Positions 9,309 to 18,114 of a DNA stretch of 64,000 bases are shown here, in pieces. The stretch is taken from assembly GCA_024650005.2 (NCBI GenBank), contig CP122380.1:585814-649813 (forward strand), read 5' to 3'. The first letter of the stretch is position 1. Each line of letters starts with the position of its first letter. The position numbers and the translations under genes are program-made. This DNA comes from Candidatus Bathyarchaeum tardum (GTDB taxonomy: Archaea; Thermoproteota; Bathyarchaeia; Bathyarchaeales; Bathyarchaeaceae). The notes under the pieces were generated by a model, which was given only the letters and a program-made list of their open reading frames with translations, had not been told where the DNA came from and ran no database searches.

Positions 9309-10091
9309 ATGTACACGTTGCGGGAAATTCTTGAAAAAGTTGCACAAAACCAAGTTTCTGTTGCTGAAGCTGAAAAATTGCTAAGAATATTGGCAATTGA
9401 CGAAATTGAAAACGTAGCAAACATCGATAGCCACCGAGAGTTACGCAAAGGAGTACCCGAGGTTATATTGGCAGATGGAAAAGACACCGAGCATTTAACC
9501 GAAATTGTAACTAAAATGCTAGAAACCCGTGGTCGTTCAATAATAAGTAGATGTAATCCGCAACAAATTGAAGCAATCAGGGCTGTAATTCCAAGTGATG
9601 TATTATTGCAGGTTTTTGATGACGCTCGGATGATGGTAGTCCAAAAGAAAGACTTTGTTGTTTCAGCTACTGGTGGAAAAGTCGGAATAATTACTGCTGG
9701 AACTTCTGATATTGCGGTTGCTGAGGAAGCCAAAATTATCTGTAAATCTATGGGCTGTGAAGTAATTTCTTCATACGATATCGGCGTAGCAGGAATTCAT
9801 CGGTTAATCGCTCCTATGAAAAATATGATAATGGAAGATATTGATGTCCTTGTTGTCGTTGCAGGCAGGGAAGGTGCATTACCGTCAGTGGTTGCTGGAA
9901 TTGTTGATGTCCCAGTTATTGCAGTTCCAACCTCAAACAGCTACGGTTTAGGAGAAAAAGGAGCAAGCACCCTTATGGCAATGCTTCAATCTTGCTCGTT
10001 AGGTTTGGCAGTTGTTAATATCGACAGCGGAGTCGCAGCAGGGGCAGTAGCTACCTTGATTGCTAATCGTGCAGCAAAATTTAGAACGTGA
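9309..10091 (+). CDS. larB: LarB-like nicotinic acid adenine dinucleotide carboxylase/hydrolase (PurE-like)
   Basis: Motifs GKVGIITAGTSDIAVAEEA and VVVAGREGALPSVVAG. The gene is divergent from larC. Confidence 0.8.
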   Translation: MYTLREILEKVAQNQVSVAEAEKLLRILAIDEIENVANIDSHRELRKGVPEVILADGKDTEHLTEIVTKMLETRGRSIISRCNPQQIEAIRAVIPSDVLLQVFDDARMMVVQKKDFVVSATGGKVGIITAGTSDIAVAEEAKIICKSMGCEVISSYDIGVAGIHRLIAPMKNMIMEDIDVLVVVAGREGALPSVVAGIVDVPVIAVPTSNSYGLGEKGASTLMAMLQSCSLGLAVVNIDSGVAAGAVATLIANRAAKFRT

Positions 10092-10158
10092 ATAAATTCC
10101 TTAAGTTTATTATTGCCTTTAGACTATTTTTGATTTGATTATTGCTGGAGAACTGATT

Positions 10159-11121
10159 ATGGATAGAATTGGTTTAGTTACAAGCGGTGGTGACGCCCCT
10201 GGAATGAACGCTGCCATCCGAGCGGTTACTCGTGTTTCTTGCTCTAAACTCATGGAAGTATTAGGTTTTGAACGTGGATGGGATGGAATAATTTCGAATA
10301 AATTCAGAGTATTAACTCCACGTAATGTGGGCGGCATCCTACACATTGGAGGAACCATTTTAAGAACTTCACGTAGTCCAGAGTTCAGAACCCCCGAAGG
10401 ATTAAACAAAGCGGCAGAAAACCTTGCTGCTAATGGCGTTGAAGGTTTGATCGTTGTTGGTGGCGATGGCTCTATGAAGGGGGCATTAGCATTAAGTGAA
10501 GTCTCAGATATTGCAGTTATTGGCATTCCTGCAACAATAGATAATGACGTTTACGGAACTGAAGAAACCATAGGTTTTGATACAGCAGTAAACACGGCAA
10601 TTAATGAAATCGACAAAATCAGAGATACTGCAAACGCTCATGAACGGATTTTTGTTGTGGAAGTCATGGGGCGTAACCGGGGTTTTCTTGCCTTGAACAT
10701 CGGGTTGACTGTCGGGGCTGAAATAATTTTGGTTCCTGAAGTTGAATATGATGCAAAAACAGTTGCTGAAACTTTGAAATTAAACCGGGACATTGGCAAA
10801 AAATCGGGCATTATTGTTGCTGCAGAAGGAATTGGTGACACACGTAAACTGATAACTGAGCTAGAAACAATGGCTGGTGTGGATGTTAGGCTAAGTGTTA
10901 TGGGTTATGCTCAGAGAGGAGGTAATCCATCAGCTAGGAGTCGTTTGTTAGCAAATTTGTTTGCTGATAAAGCGGTAGACCTTCTCAAGAATGGGGAACG
11001 AAACAAAATGGTTGCCCTGCAAAACGGAAGAGTAACTACCATCGGTTTACATGAAGTCACTTCAAACCAAAAACAGTTAGACCTATATTTGATGCAGTTG
11101 GCTCAAACCTTAGCAATATAA
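10159..11121 (+). CDS. pfkA: ATP-dependent 6-phosphofructokinase
   Basis: Motifs IGLVTSGGDAPGMNAAIRAV, GGDGSMKGA, IPATIDND and MGYAQRGG. The start is set at MDRIGLV. Confidence 0.85.
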   Translation: MDRIGLVTSGGDAPGMNAAIRAVTRVSCSKLMEVLGFERGWDGIISNKFRVLTPRNVGGILHIGGTILRTSRSPEFRTPEGLNKAAENLAANGVEGLIVVGGDGSMKGALALSEVSDIAVIGIPATIDNDVYGTEETIGFDTAVNTAINEIDKIRDTANAHERIFVVEVMGRNRGFLALNIGLTVGAEIILVPEVEYDAKTVAETLKLNRDIGKKSGIIVAAEGIGDTRKLITELETMAGVDVRLSVMGYAQRGGNPSARSRLLANLFADKAVDLLKNGERNKMVALQNGRVTTIGLHEVTSNQKQLDLYLMQLAQTLAI

Positions 11122-11204
11122 TTTGATTTCCTATCAATGAGTTTGTTCAACAAAGTTATTAAATTCTTGTAACAATGGAAAATACTGTCTAAAGGGTGAA
11201 CTAA

Positions 11205-11687
11205 CTGAAAACACTTGTAGTTTATTTTTCGTTAACTGGAAACACAAAATTTGTTGCAGAAAAAATTGCAGAACAATTTGGTGCAGATTTATGCGAAGTT
11301 ACTGATAAAACTTTCAAAGTAGGAAAAATGCTTTTCATCAAGGGGGGAATGGCTGCTATGCGTGAAAAGCTTTCAGATATTGAAGCTGTAGAATCCATTG
11401 AAGATTATGATTTAGTTATTGTAGGTTCGCCTGTGTGGGCTGGAAAGATCGCACCTCCAATTCGAACCTTTTTGGTTAACAATAATTTTTCAGGCAAACA
11501 AGTTGCATTTTTTGTTAGCATAGGTGGAGATAAACCCGAAAAAACTTTTGAGAACCTCAAAAAAACAACGGAACTAGAAGCTGTAATTGATGGGTTAGGT
11601 GTTACGCAACCCTTGCAAAATATGGCAGATGCAGAAGCTCAGATAACTGAATGGTGCAATAATCTGTTGAACAAAATCAACGCTTAG
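11205..11687 (+). CDS. Flavodoxin-like protein with no canonical start codon at its true N-terminus
   Basis: The frame is open from 11205 (after TAA at 11202-11204) and reads (L)KTLVVYFSLTGNTKFVAEKIAEQFGADL, a typical flavodoxin N-terminus. The first ATG/GTG/TTG is at 11328, inside the fold. Confidence 0.55.
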   Translation: MKTLVVYFSLTGNTKFVAEKIAEQFGADLCEVTDKTFKVGKMLFIKGGMAAMREKLSDIEAVESIEDYDLVIVGSPVWAGKIAPPIRTFLVNNNFSGKQVAFFVSIGGDKPEKTFENLKKTTELEAVIDGLGVTQPLQNMADAEAQITEWCNNLLNKINA

Positions 11688-11790
11688 CGGGTTATCGCTC
11701 GAAAAATATGTCACAAAAAAATTGAAGTAAACAAAGAAAAAAATTGAAAGTAGTTGAGTTAACGACTACTTGTTTTTGTCTGTGGTGTGT

Positions 11791-12558
11791 TTAGCTGTTT
11801 CCGTTGACTACAATTTCAAAGTTAAAGTTCTCTATTCCATTAACACTTTGGGACACGGTTAACATTAGTCGAACTCGCACAGATTGGTTTGGTTCAAGTG
11901 CTTGTCCATTATAATCCCATCTTAACGAGATGTAATTAGGTGCATTTGACGGGTTCCAACTGGTTGTATCTAGAGTTAATGTTAACGGAACGTTTCCTTC
12001 ATTTTTCACGTACACTGTGTTTGTTATAGTTCCTCCTGGTACAATGTTTCCCCATGGCAACGATGATATAAGTGCAGTGCAACTGGAGTCGCCATACACG
12101 TTAAGCCCTGCAGTCTGAGTTTGAATTTGAACTGTTCCATAACTGTATATGTTACTTTTAGTGAAATATTGCGCACTAATTGTAGTTAAAAAGAACACAT
12201 TCAAAATTGCACTTACTGCAATCGTTGAGATTAGTATCGTCCTTTTCTGTTTTTGTGTAACATGTACACTCACTTTGTGGGGAGCATTTGATATTCCAGC
12301 TTTGGCTTTGTTTTTTACTTGGGCTGCCATAGTTTGCATTTTTGCAGATATTTTTGGTTTTAAATGTGTGCTTGATTGTTTGAATTTAGTTGTAGTGTTT
12401 GATAAAATGGCTGATAAGATGTGTTTTGTTTTTTGGGTAATTGCAAACTTTGGTTTGTTTTTATTAAAGACATTTTTTGGTTTTTTTGCATATAACGTCA
12501 TTTTGCAACTAATAAATTTGAATGCTTTCACCAGTTTTTCTTTGACTTCTTTTTTCAA
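11791..12558 (-). CDS. Membrane-anchored protein with a Lys-rich N-terminus and a C-terminal beta-rich (Ig-like) domain; paralogue of provirus ORF 54866..55315
   Basis: One TM segment (ILISTIAVSAILNVFFLTTISA). The C-terminal domain LPWGNIVPGGTITNTVYVKNEGNVPLTLTLDTTSWNPSNAPNYISLRWDYNG...NFNFEIVVNG aligns by eye with the viral protein. Confidence 0.5.
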   Translation of the reverse strand: MKKEVKEKLVKAFKFISCKMTLYAKKPKNVFNKNKPKFAITQKTKHILSAILSNTTTKFKQSSTHLKPKISAKMQTMAAQVKNKAKAGISNAPHKVSVHVTQKQKRTILISTIAVSAILNVFFLTTISAQYFTKSNIYSYGTVQIQTQTAGLNVYGDSSCTALISSLPWGNIVPGGTITNTVYVKNEGNVPLTLTLDTTSWNPSNAPNYISLRWDYNGQALEPNQSVRVRLMLTVSQSVNGIENFNFEIVVNGNS

Positions 12559-12735
12559 CTTTTAATATCCTCTGTTTTTGCTGATTTGCCCTTGTGTTTT
12601 TTTGTTGAAAATTAAGGGTTTTTGAAAAATCTAATTTTGTATTTTGCAAATTCTGTTTTGCATAAAAAAAATAGCACTTTTTTATATTAATAAGTAATAA
12701 AAATTAAACTAATCGTATATTCAAGGAAAAAATTA

Positions 12736-13431
12736 TTATATTTTTATTACGGTTGTTCTAGAGTATTTGTCCAAAAATTTAATGAAACGCTCGTCATGTA
12801 ACCTATAACCGAGAATCAAATCAATAGGTAACAAAAAGCATTTGCCAAAATTTCTCACTGCGGCAGCGTCGTAAGTCATTTTTTTGCTGGTTAAACTTAC
12901 TGTTTTAATCATAAACATGGATTTTCCTACTGTCTGTCCTGCAAAGCCTTCAAGAAGAGTTGAGTATATCCAGAGTACTCCTAAAAACAAAAAGAAGTTT
13001 TGTTGATACGCAAATTGTCCACTGAACAAAACCAGCACTTCAGCAATTAACGTGGTTGCAACAGTTATAGTGAATGCCACTCCCATGTCAAAAAGAAATG
13101 CCATGGCTCTTCTCGAAAATTTTGCGATATGCTGGCTTGTTTGATGTTCCAGAAAATCAACATCCACTGAAAGGGCTTCAACATCTTTGAGTAAGCGTAA
13201 GGCGTTTTGACCAAGTCTATTTAGTTTGTAGTTTCCCTTGGGTGTTTGTTCTAAAAACTGTTTTAAATTTCTAAGATGAAAACTCATTTTTCCAGTGTCA
13301 ATTTCAAGAGCATTCATCAATTCTGAGAAAGACTGTTCTTTTTGTTCATCAAGTTGGATCAAAATGTCTCGTCGAATTTTATGGGATAAGATAAGCAAAA
13401 TTTTTGAAACATTTTCTTCATTTTGAACCAT
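12736..13431 (-). CDS. ArsR-type wHTH fused to an RDD-family membrane domain
   Basis: N-terminus ILSHKIRRDILIQLDE...FSELMNALEIDTGKMSFHLRNL. The C-terminus has RRAMAFLFD plus three hydrophobic helices. Confidence 0.6.
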   Translation of the reverse strand: MVQNEENVSKILLILSHKIRRDILIQLDEQKEQSFSELMNALEIDTGKMSFHLRNLKQFLEQTPKGNYKLNRLGQNALRLLKDVEALSVDVDFLEHQTSQHIAKFSRRAMAFLFDMGVAFTITVATTLIAEVLVLFSGQFAYQQNFFLFLGVLWIYSTLLEGFAGQTVGKSMFMIKTVSLTSKKMTYDAAAVRNFGKCFLLPIDLILGYRLHDERFIKFLDKYSRTTVIKI

Positions 13432-14021
13432 CTTTTATCCTCCTCAAAACTTGTCTTTTTGAGAAAAAACTTGTGTGACTGCCTTATCCCTCTTGTTTAG
13501 TTGCACCAAACTTGATTTAATGTTTTTGTTTTTTTAGAACATTATCAATGACTTAACTAATTAACTTCTAAATAATTTAACTTGAAAAATTGTAAATTTG
13601 ATTGTTTTATTGCGTTTTAATTTCATTTTGTAAGTTGGTTCTTTGTTGTTTTTAGGTATTCTTTGGTGTTTCATAAATGCTAAGTCATGTTCAATGGTAG
13701 CGTTCATCTGACTGTTGTTATTGGGATTTCATTTAGATTGTAATTAAAGTTGATTAAAATGTTGTTACTAATTGCTTGAGAAATAATTTGATTTTTTCAG
13801 TGATGTTTTCTTTAATTGCAATTGCTGAGTTTTGGTTTGCTTTTTAAATATCAAAATAAAAAGGTGGCCGTAATTGACAAACATTTCAATAACTTAATCA
13901 GAATCGAATGTCCTTGCTGTGATACCTTTACTCGACTAATCTTCTTCATGAGTGCCCAAATTTGTAAATAAAACGCTCAGAACATTCTTTTTGCAGATTT
14001 GTTCTAATCTCTTTTCGTCTT

Positions 14022-14414
14022 TTATTGTATTGTGACTTGTTTGGGTTTGGTATCGAATGCTGTTTTCAAACTACTTATATAATTGATGAAATCTAAATCG
14101 TCAAAATTTTTGTACTCTAACATAATATCTTGGTTGACCACTTTCACTTTGGAATATAATTTTTCCATTATTTTTTGTTCCAGCAAAACGGCTCCGAATT
14201 TGAACATGTCCCTAAGTAACGTTTGAAATTTTTGAACATCTTTTGCAAACTCATTTTTTGTAATGCCGTATCCATTTTCTGCAAAATAATAAATGCTGTT
14301 CGCACCTTTTTCCCCTAACATTTCAACTAAAACTTCGTTAATTGATGCACATAGCATCTCATCAAACTTTGTTCTGTTTTCAATTGTTGCAATGTTTTTT
14401 TCCAACAAAATCAC
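14022..14414 (-). CDS. Hypothetical protein
   Basis: 130-aa ORF, co-oriented with and 8 nt downstream of 14422..14796. No recognisable motif. Confidence 0.35.
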   Translation of the reverse strand: MILLEKNIATIENRTKFDEMLCASINEVLVEMLGEKGANSIYYFAENGYGITKNEFAKDVQKFQTLLRDMFKFGAVLLEQKIMEKLYSKVKVVNQDIMLEYKNFDDLDFINYISSLKTAFDTKPKQVTIQ

Positions 14415-14421
14415 CCACTTT

Positions 14422-14796
14422 TTACAACATTTTGATTTTATGATACTGTAAACCCAGTTCTTTCAACCTGTTTTTTGTTTCAAACAAATTGGAGAGCTTG
14501 TAATGCGTTTTGTGCGGAAGAGACATCCTTTCTTTTTTGAACAATCTTCGAAACAACATTTTTTTATGTAGATATGTGTAACTACAGCCACATTGGAACC
14601 CAACAATTCCTCTATCTTTTACAAACAGAGTATGTGCCCGCTGTGAGGGGCATTTCATCTTTTTTTTATGCAGTTCGAATGCTAAAACTAGATCTTCTAA
14701 TGCTAATGGTTGCAATGTTTCTGCTTTAAAAAAATACCATCTGCTGTATGCGCCTAGGCTGAGCCAAATGCTTGCGAGTAGTAGTTCCCAGAACAT
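14422..14796 (-). CDS. Hypothetical protein with an N-terminal hydrophobic segment and scattered Cys/His
   Basis: 124-aa ORF. An N-terminal TM-like segment is followed by KCPSQRAH...FQCGCSY. Confidence 0.35.
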   Translation of the reverse strand: MFWELLLASIWLSLGAYSRWYFFKAETLQPLALEDLVLAFELHKKKMKCPSQRAHTLFVKDRGIVGFQCGCSYTYLHKKMLFRRLFKKERMSLPHKTHYKLSNLFETKNRLKELGLQYHKIKML

Positions 14797-15760
14797 GTGT
14801 TTTTTCTTCCCAACTGTTTATATGTGCTACAAATCAACAATATGTCTTTTTTCAGACATATTTTAATATTTCGATAACCATCTGGATATATAAATATTTT
14901 GAAACAAAATTTTTAAGACAATCATGTTTTATTCAATAATATGGGATAAAAATACATTGTTAGGATCAACCCAATTACTAAAATCAATCTGATTGCATGT
15001 TACTATGAAATAATTGTTCTAGACTATGAAATTTGTTATATTCATTTAAACGATTCATTTTACACCTGGAATTTTGAACCACCCCTGATTTATTGAATTA
15101 CTTGATGCTGATCAAAACATCTGATTTTTCAAAAACCAAATCGAAAAAAATAAATTATTAATTAAGTTAACAAAGTGATGCAGGCTGGACAAGATTTGAT
15201 TGCAAAAAATAAAGAAATAGATTACCGCAGTTTACTTCTTCTGTGAATACGATTATTATCAGTTTTCTCGATTTTGGCAATTTCTATAATTTTTGATTTC
15301 ATTTGTATTCTTGCATCTGCATTTGGTCTTATGAATATTGTTTTAACCAACAAAGAAAAATCACATGGATCTTATTATAAGAAAAAACAGTTTCTAGGGT
15401 ATATTAACTCGCCAAAGCCATAACAAGTCCAAAAACTGCAAGAACCCTTCAAAAAGTACTTTTTTGAGCATAAAATCCCGTGATACCGTTCTGAAGTTTG
15501 GTTAAATGCTCAAAAGCTAATTTATCGCATCGCTTAGAAATGGTTCATTTTTTCATTTTTTATGAAACATAATTATTGAGCGAACCTTTGTGCTTGGATG
15601 AGTATCATGTCATGTCGGCGGAGATTATTGACGGTCGTTAAACTCATTTGAATGAACAAATGGTTTCAAAATTTTTCAGGTTGAAATTTATAGAATAAAA
15701 AATGGAAAAAAGTATACTTTTTTCCTCTTTTACATCACGCTTTTTTGTTGGTTAAACATG

Positions 15761-16165
15761 TTAGGGATCTAAAAGGCCTTTTACGTAAGCACCAATGAAC
15801 ATTGCTAGAATTCCAAGTAAGATTGGATAATTGCCTGTACCAAGGCTTGCTACTGCTGAGCCAGGACATTGACCTGAGAGTCCCCATCCAATTCCAAAGA
15901 TAATTGCTCCAATTATAATTTTCCACGACAGAATCCTGCGTCTTGGTTTGAATACGCTTCCGAGAACTGGTTTCTTTTGATATTTTGCTAAAACGTTAAT
16001 TGAAAAGGCTGCGACCAATGCTGCACCCCCTAAGACGAAAATGAGTCCAAAATCTTTGAATTGTAAGAAACTTAGCACAATTTCTTGTTTGGTCATTCCA
16101 CTGTATGATAAACCGAAACCGAATAGAATGCCACCAATTAGTACGATTATGTTTCTTTTGTTCAT
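15761..16165 (-). CDS. YeeE/YedE-family sulfur-compound transporter half
   Basis: Four hydrophobic helices and motif GLSGQCPGSAV. It overlaps the upstream half-gene by 4 nt. Confidence 0.7.
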   Translation of the reverse strand: MNKRNIIVLIGGILFGFGLSYSGMTKQEIVLSFLQFKDFGLIFVLGGAALVAAFSINVLAKYQKKPVLGSVFKPRRRILSWKIIIGAIIFGIGWGLSGQCPGSAVASLGTGNYPILLGILAMFIGAYVKGLLDP

Positions 16166-16623
16166 GGTGAAACCCCCAACATCTGAACGATGTTTGCTAT
16201 AACTATAGCGACTCCCATAAAGACGATAACAGCGTAAAGAGATGTTTTAGAAAGTGATGCTAATCCGCTTATTCCATGTCCTGAGGTACATCCACTAGAA
16301 AGTCTTGTTCCAAAGCCTACAAGCAATCCGCCTAGAATTAATCGCCACAATTGTACGGAGGTTATCCAAAATCCAGTTGGTGAAATAGTAAGAGTGTGAA
16401 TAAATGCTCCAATTACTAAACCAGTAGCCAGAGTTAATCTCCAGCCTCTTTCTTTGATGTTTGTTTCTTTCTGGAAATGTTTTAGTTTAGAAAACCATGA
16501 TAATGTTGTTGTAAAAAAGCTACTTTGTGTTGCATGAAGCCCGGTTATTAGATATATTAGTCCTACTCCTACTCCAATTATTATTCCGCCCACTAAATAT
16601 TGTTCTATTCCAAGAGGAAACAT
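16162..16623 (-). CDS. YeeE/YedE-family sulfur-compound transporter half
   Basis: Motif SSGCTSGHGISG and a hydrophobic profile. Confidence 0.7.
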   Translation of the reverse strand: MFPLGIEQYLVGGIIIGVGVGLIYLITGLHATQSSFFTTTLSWFSKLKHFQKETNIKERGWRLTLATGLVIGAFIHTLTISPTGFWITSVQLWRLILGGLLVGFGTRLSSGCTSGHGISGLASLSKTSLYAVIVFMGVAIVIANIVQMLGVSP

Positions 16624-16680
16624 GAATATTCCTGATGTTGCGTTTTTAATTTAAGCTTTTTCTAGTGGTTAATGTAGCAG

Positions 16681-18042
16681 TTATTTAGTTAATTTGAAAC
16701 CAGCTTTGACCCATGCTTCAGTTCCACCTAAACAGTTATAGACGTTTTCAAATCCTGCTCTCAGCAATATGCTTGTTCCAAAACTGGACCTGTTTCCTGT
16801 TTTACACAAAACAACTATTGTTTTGTCTCTCGGAACTTTATCTATCTGTTTTGGAATGTGCCCTAGGTAAATATGCATTGCACCTTGAATATGTCCTTCA
16901 TTCCATTCGTTTTCTCGTCGAACATCTAAGATTGTAATTTCTTGCTTTGAATCAATCATCTTTTTGAGTTCATGAACTGTTATTAACCCATTTTTGGGGA
17001 TAGGTATCCCTTGTTTATACCAAGCTTCTATGCCCCCGCCTAAGTATCCTTCAATTTTATCAAAGCCTAGCCTCAAAAGGTTTTTAACTGCAAATTCCAG
17101 CGCTTTTATGTTTTCGACAACTAACAAAATTGTTTTGTTGTAGTCTGCAATCCAGCCTACATTTGATAGTCTTTTAGGTGGCAAGCTGAAGGAGTCTTTT
17201 ATATGTGCAGCTCCAAACGCATCTGGAGTTCTTGTGTCAATAATGTAAGCAGTTTCAACAGTTTTCATAAATTCTGACGGTGTTAAAGGATGTGGCATTG
17301 TTATTGTTCCTAAAATTGGAGGTCCATTAAGATTGTAAGCTTCCATTTGCTTGAAATATGGTGGAGTTTGGTGTCGTTCAGTTGTTTTTTGTTTGATAAA
17401 ATTGTCTTTGCTAAGATTTAACATTGGGTTTGTTTTCTTTTCGATTCCAATTGTGCTTATTTCTCTTTGCCTTATTTTTCCACCACAGACTGACCCTGCA
17501 CCATGGGAAGGGCACACTATTACTCCTTCGCCTAAAGGAAAAAGCTTGTTTGTTATGCTATTATACATTTTTTCAGACATTACAGGTGTCATTTTTTCTC
17601 CAAGAAAATCGGTTCTTCCAACATCTCCTACAAAAAGTGTATCTCCTGTAAACACCATTACCGGTTCTTCTCCACTTTCGTTGTCATATAATACGTAACT
17701 TGTGCTTTCTGGAGAATGACCTGGCGTGTGTAATGCTTTAATTTTTAGTGCCCCTATCTGAATTTGTTGGTTGTCTTCTATGGTTTTGCCGAATCCCCAA
17801 GGCAGACCTGTGCCATGAAATATTGTGGCTCCTGTGAGTTTTGCTAGTTCTAAAGAGCCAGTCACGTAGTCCTCATTTCTGTGAGTTTCAAAAATGTAGT
17901 TTATTTTTGCGCCCCATTTGTTGGCTATTTTTAGATATATCTCACAGTCTCTTCGGGGGTCTATTACTGCTGCTTCATTATTGTTTCCTATTATGTATGA
18001 GAGGTGTGATATGATCTCTGATTTTATTGTTTGAATTAACAT
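16681..18042 (-). CDS. Metallo-beta-lactamase-fold (persulfide dioxygenase-like) protein fused to two rhodanese domains
   Basis: Motifs ETHRNEDY, HTPGHSPES and GDTLFVGDVGRTD. The C-terminal rhodanese has the active-site loop VVLCKTGNRSS. Confidence 0.8.
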   Translation of the reverse strand: MLIQTIKSEIISHLSYIIGNNNEAAVIDPRRDCEIYLKIANKWGAKINYIFETHRNEDYVTGSLELAKLTGATIFHGTGLPWGFGKTIEDNQQIQIGALKIKALHTPGHSPESTSYVLYDNESGEEPVMVFTGDTLFVGDVGRTDFLGEKMTPVMSEKMYNSITNKLFPLGEGVIVCPSHGAGSVCGGKIRQREISTIGIEKKTNPMLNLSKDNFIKQKTTERHQTPPYFKQMEAYNLNGPPILGTITMPHPLTPSEFMKTVETAYIIDTRTPDAFGAAHIKDSFSLPPKRLSNVGWIADYNKTILLVVENIKALEFAVKNLLRLGFDKIEGYLGGGIEAWYKQGIPIPKNGLITVHELKKMIDSKQEITILDVRRENEWNEGHIQGAMHIYLGHIPKQIDKVPRDKTIVVLCKTGNRSSFGTSILLRAGFENVYNCLGGTEAWVKAGFKLTK

Positions 18043-18114
18043 TGTGACAAAACCATTTTGTATTGAACTGAAGTTTTACTTAAGATTTTTCGGTTGCTTA
18101 TTTATGTACATTTT

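Noticed and set aside
9281-9733. Long antisense or overlapping ORFs in the supplied track (for example 9281..9733, 10119..10526, 2705..3130, 18236..18673, 21571..22017, 23567..24004 and 44574..44972).
   Set aside because: Each lies opposite to or inside a gene with clear family motifs and has low-complexity, non-protein-like composition. I treated them as shadow ORFs.
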